A stretch of 64,000 bases of DNA from Azolla caroliniana (taxonomy: Eukaryota > Plantae > Polypodiophyta). This document shows, piece by piece, positions 1-10,375 of this stretch. The stretch is from contig JBHGNT010000010.1 of the NCBI GenBank assembly GCA_043228905.1, forward strand, positions 9,920,001-9,984,000, in the 5' to 3' direction. Under the pieces are notes generated by a model, which had not been told where the DNA came from, ran no database searches, and saw only the letters and a list, made by a program, of their open reading frames with translations. Every line of letters begins with the position of its first letter. The stretch's first letter is position 1. Position numbers and translations under genes: made by a program.

Positions 1-655
1 ATTGGTCAGTGACCGCCGAGTCGGAAGTTCCTTCAACTGGCTCAGGGCATCGGGTGGGTGGCCGAGACCTCGTGGTGCGAGAGGGCGCCCTAACGGTGGC
101 TGGTGGTTACCTTCAACGAAGTTCGCTATGCACTCACAGCTGTAACCGGGCGTGCCAAATTGTGTTACTCGTTCCTTTGGGTGAACACCTTCGATAGATC
201 TGCGGCTATCGGTCTTCAAGGGCGTGGTACGTGAAGGCTCGTAACAGAGGCGTTGAGAGAGATACAGGGCTCTGAGAGAAAACTCTAGCGAGGTCTTGAT
301 AGAAGTGGGCGGCGTTGAACTCATAGGTATGGATCAAAGCACAGACTCATGGAGCAAAATGGGCACAAATCAGATCTATTACTATGACAGAAAAGATTAC
401 AGAACACGGCCTATGGCCGGTGACCTTACAAGTTTATCTAATTACGAAGGACTAAGCTAGTGCTTCCGCCTATATTTTTCTTTTTCTCTCCTCTGAGGTA
501 CTGGTCCTCGTTTAAATAACTTTTCCCCTAATACACAGCCGAGCCGTCGGTGGCCCGTGATACTCGGAATCGGCGTTTGCTAATTTCCTAATTTTACATT
601 TCTCTCCTCTGGACAACAATTGGTGTGGTGCTTTCCATAATGTACGTTGTCTTGT

Positions 656-1153
656 TTAGATCTTATTCTCTTGAATCTTAATCTTTCTCTTCCTTCTTGG
701 TTGAACTCTCAGGCTTCTCTCCCTCCTCTTACTCCCTAGTCCAAGACCCCTGTGGTCCCATCCTATCTGACACGTATGCGCGATTTCCACGACACCGGCT
801 TGGTCGTCGAGTGTAAGTCTGAATGCGGCTACTTTGGTAGTCTCTGTGAGGGGTTCATAAGCTCGACATATCTGCGTGAACCTCTCTACGTGATCATATG
901 CGTCACTGAAACCAAGAAAACAAGGTACTAGTTTAGAAATGGAAGCGCTCTTCCCACTGTCGTTTGTGGGGTTTCTCGAATTGTCCGTGGGTGTTCGTTC
1001 TTTTCCCATCAATGCCATGAGGGTTTGGATGGATTGTAATGCTAGTGCGAGTTCAGCATTTGGGGGTGTTGGGGTAGTTTTGTCGGGTGTCGGGATCGTG
1101 TCCATATGTGGCGGCGTCGCGTGTCGTCGCGTGTCGTCGCGTGTGTGCTTCAT
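656..1153 (-). pseudogene. Retrotransposon gag (capsid) fragment
   Basis: FSDAYDHVERFTQIC...KVAAFRLTLDDQA resembles the Retrotrans_gag N-terminus; similarity is lost right after this motif. Confidence 0.55.
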
Positions 1154-1644
1154 TTGGGATGTTGCCCGTTGTGCTCGAATGCAGTGCCGGGCTGGGCTCG
1201 CAGTCTCAACGGTGCATATGTGACGATGCTTCTAGGAGGTTAAGTTTTTGTTGCACTCGCGCGAACATGTCTTTCCTTTCTGCCAAAGTGGCTTCAATAT
1301 CTCGAGTGATGATTTCCGGTTGTTCCCCTTTTGCGAGTTGCATCGTCCATATATTGATTTCTTGTTCTATCACACGTAACTCTTCCGCGGCATCCTATAT
1401 GTGTTGCTCTACATTGAGCGGGTCTACCATTGGGCTCTCCTCTAGTGGGGGTGTGTTGAGAGGTGCTTTGGTTCCAGGTTCGATGGGAGGTTCATGTTTG
1501 GTAGTGTCCTTGGGTTAACCACCCTCCGTGGTATCGAGTCGGGTTAGATGGGTCAACACCTTGTGCTTGGTTGGTTTGTGTGAACTCCTCTTGGCATGTG
1601 GATCGGGTTTTGAACATCCCTGTCCATGAGGATTTGGCCATGTT

Positions 1645-2165
1645 CTCTTGTCAAGCTTTGCGGGTTCGTCGAAAGATGATCCTTTGTCGAACTTTGTGGG
1701 TTTGGTAGACCTTGATCTTTCGTCGAAAGATTTGGGTTTGGCAAACTTTGATCTTTCGTCGAAAGATATTCCCCTTATCGAACTCTGATCTTTCGATGAA
1801 GAATGATCTTCCGTCGAAAGATATCCTCTTGTCAAGCTTTACGGGTTTGTCAAAAGATGGTCTTTCGTCGAACTTTGTGGGTTTGGCAGACCTTGATCTT
1901 TCGTCGAAAGATGTGGGTTTGGCAAACTTTGATCTTTCGTTGAAAGATGTTCCCCTTATCGAACTATGATCTTTCGACGAAGGATGATCTTCAGTCGAAA
2001 GATATCCTCTTGTCAAGCTTTACGAGTTTGTCGAAAGATGATCTTTCGTCGAACTTTGTGGCTTTGGCAACCTTTGATCTTTCGTCGAAGGATGTAGGTT
2101 TGGCAAACTTTGATCTTTTGTTGAAAGATGTTCCCCTTATCGAACTCTGATCTTTCGACGAACTT
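1645..2165. repeat. Tandem array, 181-bp unit x ~2.9, built of short palindromic subunits
   Basis: CTCTTGTCAAGCTTT at 1645, 1826 and 2007; many copies of ATCTTTCGTCGAAAGAT. Confidence 0.9.
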
Positions 2166-2471
2166 TGAGCAAGAAATTTGAATTTTTTTGGCGCCAACGA
2201 CCGTTTCGTGTCTTGTAGGATGATCGTAATCAACGAGAATCACGGTGATTATACTTGCCCTGCAACAGCTAAATCTCAACAATGCATAGCATTAACCAGA
2301 CGAATAGTTTCCTAATGTCCGGGCGATTAAGGACGGGAAAATTAAAACTTAAAAAAAATAGTGAGAATTTTAATTAACACAAATGGTGGTTTCCTTTCGA
2401 TTTCTTCCCTCGTTAAGTGGGTTGCCTACGAGTGTTTAACCACTCGAAGTCGGCTTCAAGCGTCGGTCGTA

Positions 2472-2489
2472 TCCCCGGCAACGGCACCA
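2472..2489 (-). other. Primer binding site complementary to tRNA-Asp
   Basis: Minus strand reads TGGTGCCGTTGCCGGGGA, one mismatch from the Athila-type PBS TGGCGCCGTTGCCGGGGA. Confidence 0.8.
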
Positions 2490-2653
2490 AATAGATGTGT
2501 AGGATATATGTATTGACAAAGTTAACTCCTCAATGTTGTTTGCGGAACTCGGACCAGCGTATACCCTTTTGATGGCGAATCGGGCGGAGATGGTTGTCGA
2601 ACACCTCCAAGCCTCACACTCACTTAGCGATTAATGGATGATTAAGCATGATA

Positions 2654-2915
2654 TCTCTCTCACTCTCTCAAGCTCGCTCTTATAGACAATAGGTTAATGA
2701 ATATAGACAATAAGAGTAATGAATATGTTTATTAACCCTCTTTGCTAAGAGGTCTAGCACCAACAAGGAAGAGAGATTGGTGTTTCTCTCTCACTCTCTC
2801 AAGCTCGCTCTTATAGACAATAGGTTAATGAATATAGACAATAAGAGTAATGAATATGTTTATTAACCCTCTTTGCTAAGAGGTCTAGCACCAACAAGGA
2901 AGAGAGATTGGTGTT
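2654..2915. repeat. Perfect 131-bp tandem duplication inside an LTR
   Basis: 2654-2784 equals 2785-2915, beginning at a (TC)n run. Confidence 0.9.
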
Positions 2916-2960
2916 CTCTAACTAAACACCTCACTAATCTCTCTTAAGCTTAAAGGTTTT

Positions 2961-3266
2961 TGTAAAGGAATGAGGAGCAAGAGTGGTTGAGATGTGGCAG
3001 AAGGACTGTGTGTGTGAGTGTGTGTGTATGTACGTAAGGCAAAACAGAGAGACAGAGAGAGACAGAGAAAGCTTAAGACAGAGATAAAAGACTGTATATT
3101 ACATTAAACAAAAATACTTCCAACAGTAACTAAGTTACAAGGGGTTGGTTTAAATACCAACTAAGCTAGGGTAAGTGCCCTTTCTACTATTTACAAAACT
3201 AGCCTGGTATGTCCATGAGCTAGTGTGAAACCTATTGCTATAGGAAATTGAGTTCGACTCTCAACA
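2961..3266 (-). repeat. 3' LTR of copia A1
   Basis: TG...CA ends; adjacent purine tract on the minus strand; ~3131-3265 nearly identical to 9987-10120. Confidence 0.85.
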
Positions 3267-3963
3267 CGCCCCTTCGAACACAACTTCCATCTGTCAAAAA
3301 GTTGTTTTGGTTCGGTCTTCGAAATCCGGCTTCCGGCGTTCGTAATCCTCGAATTGGATTGTTCGGCTTTTCGGCTTCATGCTTGGTTCAATTAACTACG
3401 TGTTGCGTACTCACGTATCGTTTTGTGTTACATCCATGACGCTTGTAGTACTCCCCCTCAAGCTCGGCAAAGCGGATGTCATGAGACTAAGGTCCAATAC
3501 GAATTGCCCGAGCTTGTCGACTTCTAAGGCCTTCCCAAAAGTATCAGCAACCTGTAGGTGCATACTGATATGTTGTAGATCGATTTCTCTGGCCTGTACG
3601 CGCTCACAAATGAAGTGGTAGTGCATTTCGATGTGTTTAGTCCGCACGTGAAATACGGGGTTCCGTGTCAAGTAGATGTTGCTCATGGTGTCATAGTATA
3701 GGCGAATCGGATCTTTGATAGGTACGATGAGATCCTTCAGTATGTGCTTGAGCCATACGGCTTCGCATGCGGCAACTGCCGCGCCCCTGTATTCGGCTTC
3801 CATGCTCGACAGTGCGACTGTCGGTTGCTTCTTACTACTCTAGGTGATCACTCCGCTACCAAGGGAGAAGACGAATTCGGATGTGGATCGTCTATCCGCT
3901 TTGTATCTTGCCCAGTCTGCGTCTATGTATCCTTCGAGTCGAATGTTCGTATTTGACTGATAC

Positions 3964-4317
3964 TGTCAAGATTCGAACTCTTGACACGACCATGTTATAA
4001 TCTAGTATTATGAGTTAACCAAGATATCTAGTACATAGTTATGTATGTAATTGGTCCTTATTATTTTGCTAGCATCATGTGCATAGTTGCTCCCTTGTAG
4101 TATTTACATTTGGCACATGCATGCATACCTACATGCTCTATTGTAGATTCACATGCCTGCAACAAGTATGCATGCCATGTAGTACAAATAGAGGAGTTCA
4201 CCTTGAAGGAATTCAAGGTGAACAACACCAATTATGGAGTCTTTCCTTTAATACTATCTTCTTTCTTGTCCATTTGGTTATCTTCTTGCTTGTCTCTTGA
4301 GCTTATGATCCGTGACA
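3964..4317 (+). repeat. 5' LTR of the Tf1/Tcn1-like element
   Basis: 5-bp terminal inverted repeat TGTCA/TGACA; TATA-like TACAAATA at 4183-4190; gag ATG at 4368. Confidence 0.8.
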
Positions 4318-4367
4318 GTTTGTTCACCTTCCCATCCTCATAGCTCTCCCTCTCATAAGCCATAGCT

Positions 4368-5384
4368 ATGTCCGACTCAACTAGTGAGTTAGGCCAAATA
4401 ATGGTAGCCTTACGACAACTACAGCTTGAAAATGAAGCTCTTCAAAATTCTTTACAAGAACTTCAAGTCGGTACCTCCCTATCCTCACAACCCCCGAACC
4501 CTAGTCTCCCACAACAACCTAGCCTAGAGCCCGATCTTCTACCAACATCTAGCCTAGCTTCGTCACAATTTCTTGAGCCTAAGGTTAGCCTCCCAGAAAA
4601 ATTTGATGGAACGAGGTTGCGTTTCCGAGGGTTCATCAACCAAGTTCGACTTATCATTCGGCTACAACCTCAACATTATGGAGATGGTCTTCGACAAGTC
4701 GGCCTTGTGGGCACCCTTCTCTCCGGTCCGGCCCAAGCTTGGTTTGCACCATTGGTAGAAACCTCGTCACCTCTATTGTAGGACTTTCCCGCCTTCCTCG
4801 CCGAGTTAGAGGCCACATTTGGAGAGACGGACCGACAACGTACAACTCTTAACAAGATTTATGCACTCGAACAAGGTTCGCGTGCAGCTTCGGTCTATGC
4901 TTCATAATTTCGACAACTAGCATGCGACGTCAATTGGGATGATCAAGCTTTAGCTTATCACTTTCGGCGCGGCCTTCGAAGCAATGTCAAGAATCTTCTC
5001 TTAAACTTTCCGGATCCCACCTCGTTATCCCAAGCGATTTCACAAGCAGTCCATTGTGACAATCGTCTTTTCGAATTTCACCAAGAAGAGCATCAGACTT
5101 GGGTTCCACCTCATTCACTTCCACGCCACGCCCCGGTCATACAACCCCAGGCATCCTCACACTCGCCTACTTTGGCAGATGCTCCTATCCCCATGGAAAT
5201 TGATCAAGCCCGATTTTGGCCATTGACTGATGCTGAACGACAATTTCAGCGGGCTAATGGCTTGTGCATGTATTGTGGCGCCTCCAGTCATGTCGTTCAC
5301 CATTGTCCTAGGAGTACTCGCCCACAATTCCATCGAGCTAACGGACCCCAACATCCGGAAAACGACATCGTTCGGTTGCAGTAG
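4368..5384 (+). pseudogene. gag (PEG10/sushi-like), with in-frame stops
   Basis: ORF pieces 4368-4781 and 5172-5384 are in the same frame, separated by stops; CCHC knuckle present. Confidence 0.85.
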
Positions 5385-8300
5385 GAGCCATGCAACTAGA
5401 CATCTCCCGTCGCCCACATTCTCTTGGTTCCATTGCCGGACCATCAGGCAATTTCACATTGGAGGTATGGATTTCGTTTAACTCTAGTTCCATTCAGTCT
5501 GTTGCTTTACTTGATTCTGGGGCATCTTCTTGCTTCATCGACGTCGTGTTTGCCCAAGCACATGGCGTACCTGTTGTTGGCCTCTCAAAACCCATTCCAG
5601 TTGAAGCCATCGACGGGTGCGTCCTCTCGTCAGGTGCAATTACTCAAGCTACAATCCCATTAGGGCTTCGAATGGGCTTACACCAGGAGGAGCTCGCCTT
5701 TTACCTCATCGCATCTCCTCGACATCCGATCGTCTTAGGACTAACGTGGTTGGAGGCGCACAATCCAATCGTGGATTGGTGCAACCACTCGATCACATTT
5801 AGCAAGCCAAGATGCTCGTGCAAAAGTATGAAGGTAAATTCAGTTTCCTATCCTTCGGAGACAGTCGACTCCAAATTGACTACCCCATCATCGGTCCAAG
5901 ATGGGTTTGTTTGTGGCGCCATTTCTAACACACTCCATGTTATTCCCGAAAAATACCAACACTTCTCCGACGTATTTGAAAAATGTAATGTTGATCGTTT
6001 GCCTGAACACCGGCTCTACAACTGTCCGATTGATCTTCAAGAAGGTGTGTGTCCACCCTTTGGTCCTCTATATGCATTGTCTGCACCAGAGTTGAAGGCC
6101 CTTCGTGTGTATCTCGATGAGAACCTCGAGAAAGGATTTATTCAACCTTCTAAGTCACCAGCCGGGGCCCCCATTTTATTTGTGAAGAAGAAGGACGGCT
6201 CTCTACGCTTATGCGTTGACTACCGAGGTCTCAACAAACTCACTGTGCGCAACCGTTATCCGCTACCTCTGATCCCCGAACTCCTTGATCGGCTCCGAGT
6301 TGCGCATTCTTCTCCAAAGTTGATCTGCGTGGAGCGTACAATCTAGTACGCATCAAGCCGGGGGATGAATGGAAAACCGCATTTTGAACATGGTATGGGC
6401 ATTTCGAATAAAAGGTAATGCCTTTTAGTCTTACTAACGCTCCCGCAGTTTTTCAACATATGATGAACGATATATTCCGGGAATATCTTGATCTTTTTGT
6501 TGTCATTTACCTCGATGATATTCTCATTTTCTCGCCAAACATGGAGGAGCACACTCGCCAAGTATGATTAGTTCTTGCCAAACTTCGCGAGCATGGCCTT
6601 TATGCCAAAGGCGAGAAATGCGAGTTCGACCGTACCTCGATCGAATTTCTAGGCTACATCATCTCACCCACTGGCATCACCATGGATATGAAGAAGGTCT
6701 CTGTCATTCAGGCGTGGGCAACTCCAAGGCGACTTAAAGATGTGCAATGCTTCCTCGGCTTCGCGAATTTTTATCGTCGCTTCATCAAGGGGTTTTGCAC
6801 CCTAGCACTACCTCTTATCGCTCTCACCCATAAAGGCACTCCATTTTTATGGACCTCGGAGGCGCAAAATGCGTTCGACTCACTCAAACACGCATTCATC
6901 ACTGCCCCGGTGTTGCTACATGCCGACCCCACAAAACCCTTCCAAGTCGAAACCGATGCCTCTGACTTTGCCATTGGCGCCATCTTATCTCAAGCAGACG
7001 ACAACAACCTAATGCACCCAGTGGCTTACTATTCTCGAAAATTTATGGCATCCGAAATCAATTATCCCATTTACGACAAGGAGCTTGTTGCTATCATTGC
7101 TACCTTTGAAGAATGGCAACCCTACTTGGCCGGCGCACAACATCGTGTCTAGGTAGTGACTGATCATAAAAATTTAGTTTATTTTTCCACCACTCGTACT
7201 TTGAATCGAAGGCAGGCCTGTTCGTCAACATTTCTCGCCGACTACGATTTTGAGATCGTATTTCGACCTGGTGGCCAACATGGGAAGGCTGATGCCCTTT
7301 CTCGCCGAGCTGACCTTGCACTCCGCCCTGGGGATGCTGCTTATGCTCAACAATCTAGACGTTTGTTGAAACCCGTCCAATTGCATCTTTTTGCCACTTG
7401 TATGTTGCAGGATGATTCTTTACTCCAACAAATCACTGATGCATCCAAGACCAATGCGTTCGCCAATGAGATTCGAAATAGTCTGCAAAACCCCTCCAAG
7501 GTGACCAAAAGGAAGGATCTTGACACCTTCACAATACAAGAGGGTTTGTTGTTCCAAGATCATCTCTTATAAGTCCCAAGGGGCCCATGTTGCACCCGAT
7601 ATTGCGGGAATGCCATGATGACCCACTTGCAGGTCATTTCGGGGTCGCGAAAACCCTCGAGCTAATCTCTCAGGGTATTGGTGGCCACAACCATGGAAGT
7701 TGGTCAAAGAATACATAAAGAGTTGTGAGTTTTGTGCTCGCTCCAAAGCCATTCATCATCGGCCATACGGCTTACTACAGCCGCTTCCATGTCCTCGTCG
7801 TCCTTGGGCCTCTATCTCTATGGACCTGATAACTGATCTACCCTTGGTCAATAGCTATGACTCGGTGTTGGTCGTTGTCAATCGGTTTACGAAGATGGCT
7901 CACTTCACTCCATGCTCCAAAACCATTTCCAGAGAAGGAATGGTGCATCTACTACTCAACAATGTGGTACGCTTGCATGGACTCCCCGATGATGTCATCT
8001 CGAATCGCAGACCCCAATTTGTCTCTCACTTCTGGCAGCGCCTGCTACAAACTTTAGGCATCTTTGTCAAGTTGTTCTCCGCTTATCACCCCCAAATTGA
8101 TGGGCAAACAGAGCGTGTCAACCAAATCCTTGAGCGGTATCTTCGGTGCTTGGTTAGTTACCAACAAGATGATTGGGTCAACTTACTTTCGCTCACGGAA
8201 TTCGCCTACAATAATTCTCTCCATGAATCGATTGGCGTCACTCCCTTCTTTGCCAACTATGGTTTACATCCTCGCTTCAACATTTCCCTTCCTACCACTT

Positions 8301-8654
8301 CCGTGAACCCTTCGGCGGAGGATCGCGCCCGCATTTTGGAAGAACTACATCATGATTTATCCTTGGAGCTTAGTCTTGCTAGTGAACGATAGAAGAAGCA
8401 GGCTGATCGCCATCAATCTTCCACTCCACACTTTGTCATTGGAGACATGGTCTGGTTGTTACGTCAACACATCTCTACTACTCGTCCATGTGCGAAACTT
8501 GATTACAAGAAGTTGGGACCATTCCGTATCATCGAGTGCATCAATCCCATCGCCTTTCAGCTCGCCCTTCCATCCCACTTCCGAATTCACGATATTTTTC
8601 ATGTCTCCCTCCTCGAACCCCTTTATGCTTCACAACTCCCAGGACGTCACGCGT
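5357..8654 (+). pseudogene. pol (PR-RT-RH-INT) in the -1 frame, degraded
   Basis: ORF fragments starting 5390, 6682, 7156, 7700 and 8447 carry gypsy pol motifs; several stops and frameshifts. Confidence 0.9.
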
Positions 8655-10122
8655 AATGGTGAGATAAATTAAGGTGCCAATCAATTGACAATACTGAGTT
8701 GACTCGCACTCAGTTGTGCCGGAATCAACATCAATCATGAGATTACAATCGAGAGGGGTAGACACACGTTTGCACTCGGTCATTCTAAACTTGTACAAAA
8801 GGTTGAGAATGTAGTGCCGTTGAGAAATCATTATTCCGACTGGTGTTCGAATGACTTCAATGCCAACGAAGAAATGGAGCTTGTGCAAGTCTTTCATTTT
8901 GAATCTGCCGGAAAGAAGTGATTTGACCTTGTTAATCTCGGCGAGATCCTTTCCTCCGATGACCATATCATCCACGTAAAGGATGATGATAATCGGACTA
9001 TCCGACTCGTTTCGGATGTACAGAGAAGTATCGAATTTTGACATTCAAAATCCGATCAGATGAAGATACTGCGTGATCTTTGAGTGCCATGCATGTGGTG
9101 CTTGTTTGAGGCCGTAGAGAGGCATCTTGAGTCGGCACACAACATTCGGATGATTGTGCGATTCAAAACCGAGTGGTTGGAACATGTACACCTCCTCTTC
9201 CAATTCGCCTTGAAGAAAGGCGTTCTTGACGTCCATCTGGTGGAGGTGCCACCCTTTTGCTGTCGTGATTGCAATTATGGTCCACACATTTGTCAACTTT
9301 GCTACTGGGGCAAAGGTCTCTTCGTGGTCTATGCCGTGCGTTTGCATGTATTGTTTCGCAACGAGTCGTGCTTTAAAGAGATTTATGGAGCCGTCGGCAT
9401 TGTGTTTCACTTCGTCAATCCACCTGCAACCAATTGCTTTCTTGTTCGGCGTGTGAGGAACGAGATCCCATGTCTCATTTTTGCGTAGGGCTTGCATTTC
9501 TTCATTCATCACATCGACCCATTGCGGATCCTTTATGGCTTTGGACAGCGTCTCTGGCTCCCGTACTAACGCTACCTTCATCATGAAGGCTTAATGGTAC
9601 GTCATATAATCGTTGTAGCCGAATCAGCTTACGGGGTTCTTTTCACAGGTGGATCGGCGGAGCTTCTCATTTGCGGATGCTAAGGCTTTCTTCACTCCAT
9701 TTGTCCGAATGATTGGGATGTCCAAGCCTTATCGAGTCAAATCAGGGTGCTAAGCTGCCGAGGCATATTTGCACCATCTCGTCATCATCGATTACGAAAT
9801 TAATCGAACCGAGGGCATCGCACAACTCCTTGATCTTTAAGGTATAGCCGGTGATCCACATGTCCCTATGTTGCATGTTGTTTAGCTCCTATCGAAGTTG
9901 GAGCTTTTGTGCATCCGTGTTGGCTGCAAAAATCTTCTTGAGATTTCCCCAAGCTTCTTTCGGTGTTTTCGAATCTCAAATATAGCTAACTTACAAGGGG
10001 TTGGTTTAAATATCAACTAAGCTAGGGTAAGTGCCCTTTCTACTATTTACAAAACTAGCCTGGTATGTCCATGAGCTAGTGTGAAACCTATTGCTATGGG
10101 AAGTTGAGTTCGACTCTCAATA

Positions 10123-10375
10123 GTTACAAGAAGGAGTAGAGGAAGCTCTAGCTCTTAATCAATAGGGAGATCTTTACAAATGGAAGAACCCTTGCAAAGC
10201 CACCACCATGTGGTTTATATAGCATTTACATTTAGGGTATGGACCTTTCACACTTGGATGTCCCTTAGCCCTTTTTCCTCTTGCCATTTCTCTTCATGGG
10301 TCCTTTAGCAATACTACGTCCTTGTTGATGTGTTCTTCTTCATGACTGGTCGTGGTGCAATCCAAGCACTTAACA
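10123..10375 (-). repeat. Probable remainder (U3 side) of the LTR interrupted at 2960
   Basis: Non-coding, contains TTTATATAG, ends TAACA directly against copia integrase sequence; assignment is inferred from nesting. Confidence 0.4.

Larger units (their letters stand above)
656..2960 (-). mobile_element. Degenerate Athila-like Ty3/gypsy LTR retrotransposon, 5' part (LTR segment, PBS, repeat-rich leader, gag remnant)
   Basis: tRNA-Asp-type PBS at 2472-2489 next to an LTR-like segment (~2496-2960); gag-like remnant ~790-960; no pol recognised. Confidence 0.6.
3964..8654 (+). mobile_element. Tf1/sushi/Tcn1-like chromovirus (Ty3/gypsy), 3'-truncated, nested in copia A1
   Basis: LTR 3964-4317 (TGTCA...TGACA); gag EPKVSLPEKFDG...PMEID...CMYCGASSHVVHHC; protease LLDSGAS; RT YLDD; RNase H ETDASD; integrase; ends after GPF...FHVSLLEP with no chromodomain or 3' LTR. 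Confidence 0.9.
2961..10122 (-). mobile_element. Ty1/copia retrotransposon copy A1, internally deleted and interrupted by a gypsy element
   Basis: 3' LTR 2961-3266 (TGTAAAG...CTCAACA) with adjacent PPT; RNase H 3411-3960 (EAEYR, NPVFH-RTKHIE); RT 8655-9584 (YVDD, QMDVKNAFL); gag scrap ~9740-9985; matching partial LTR 9987-10122. Confidence 0.85.

Noticed and set aside
1515-2282. Repetitive ORFs as a real protein
   Set aside because: The 181-bp period is not a multiple of 3, so the frame shifts every unit
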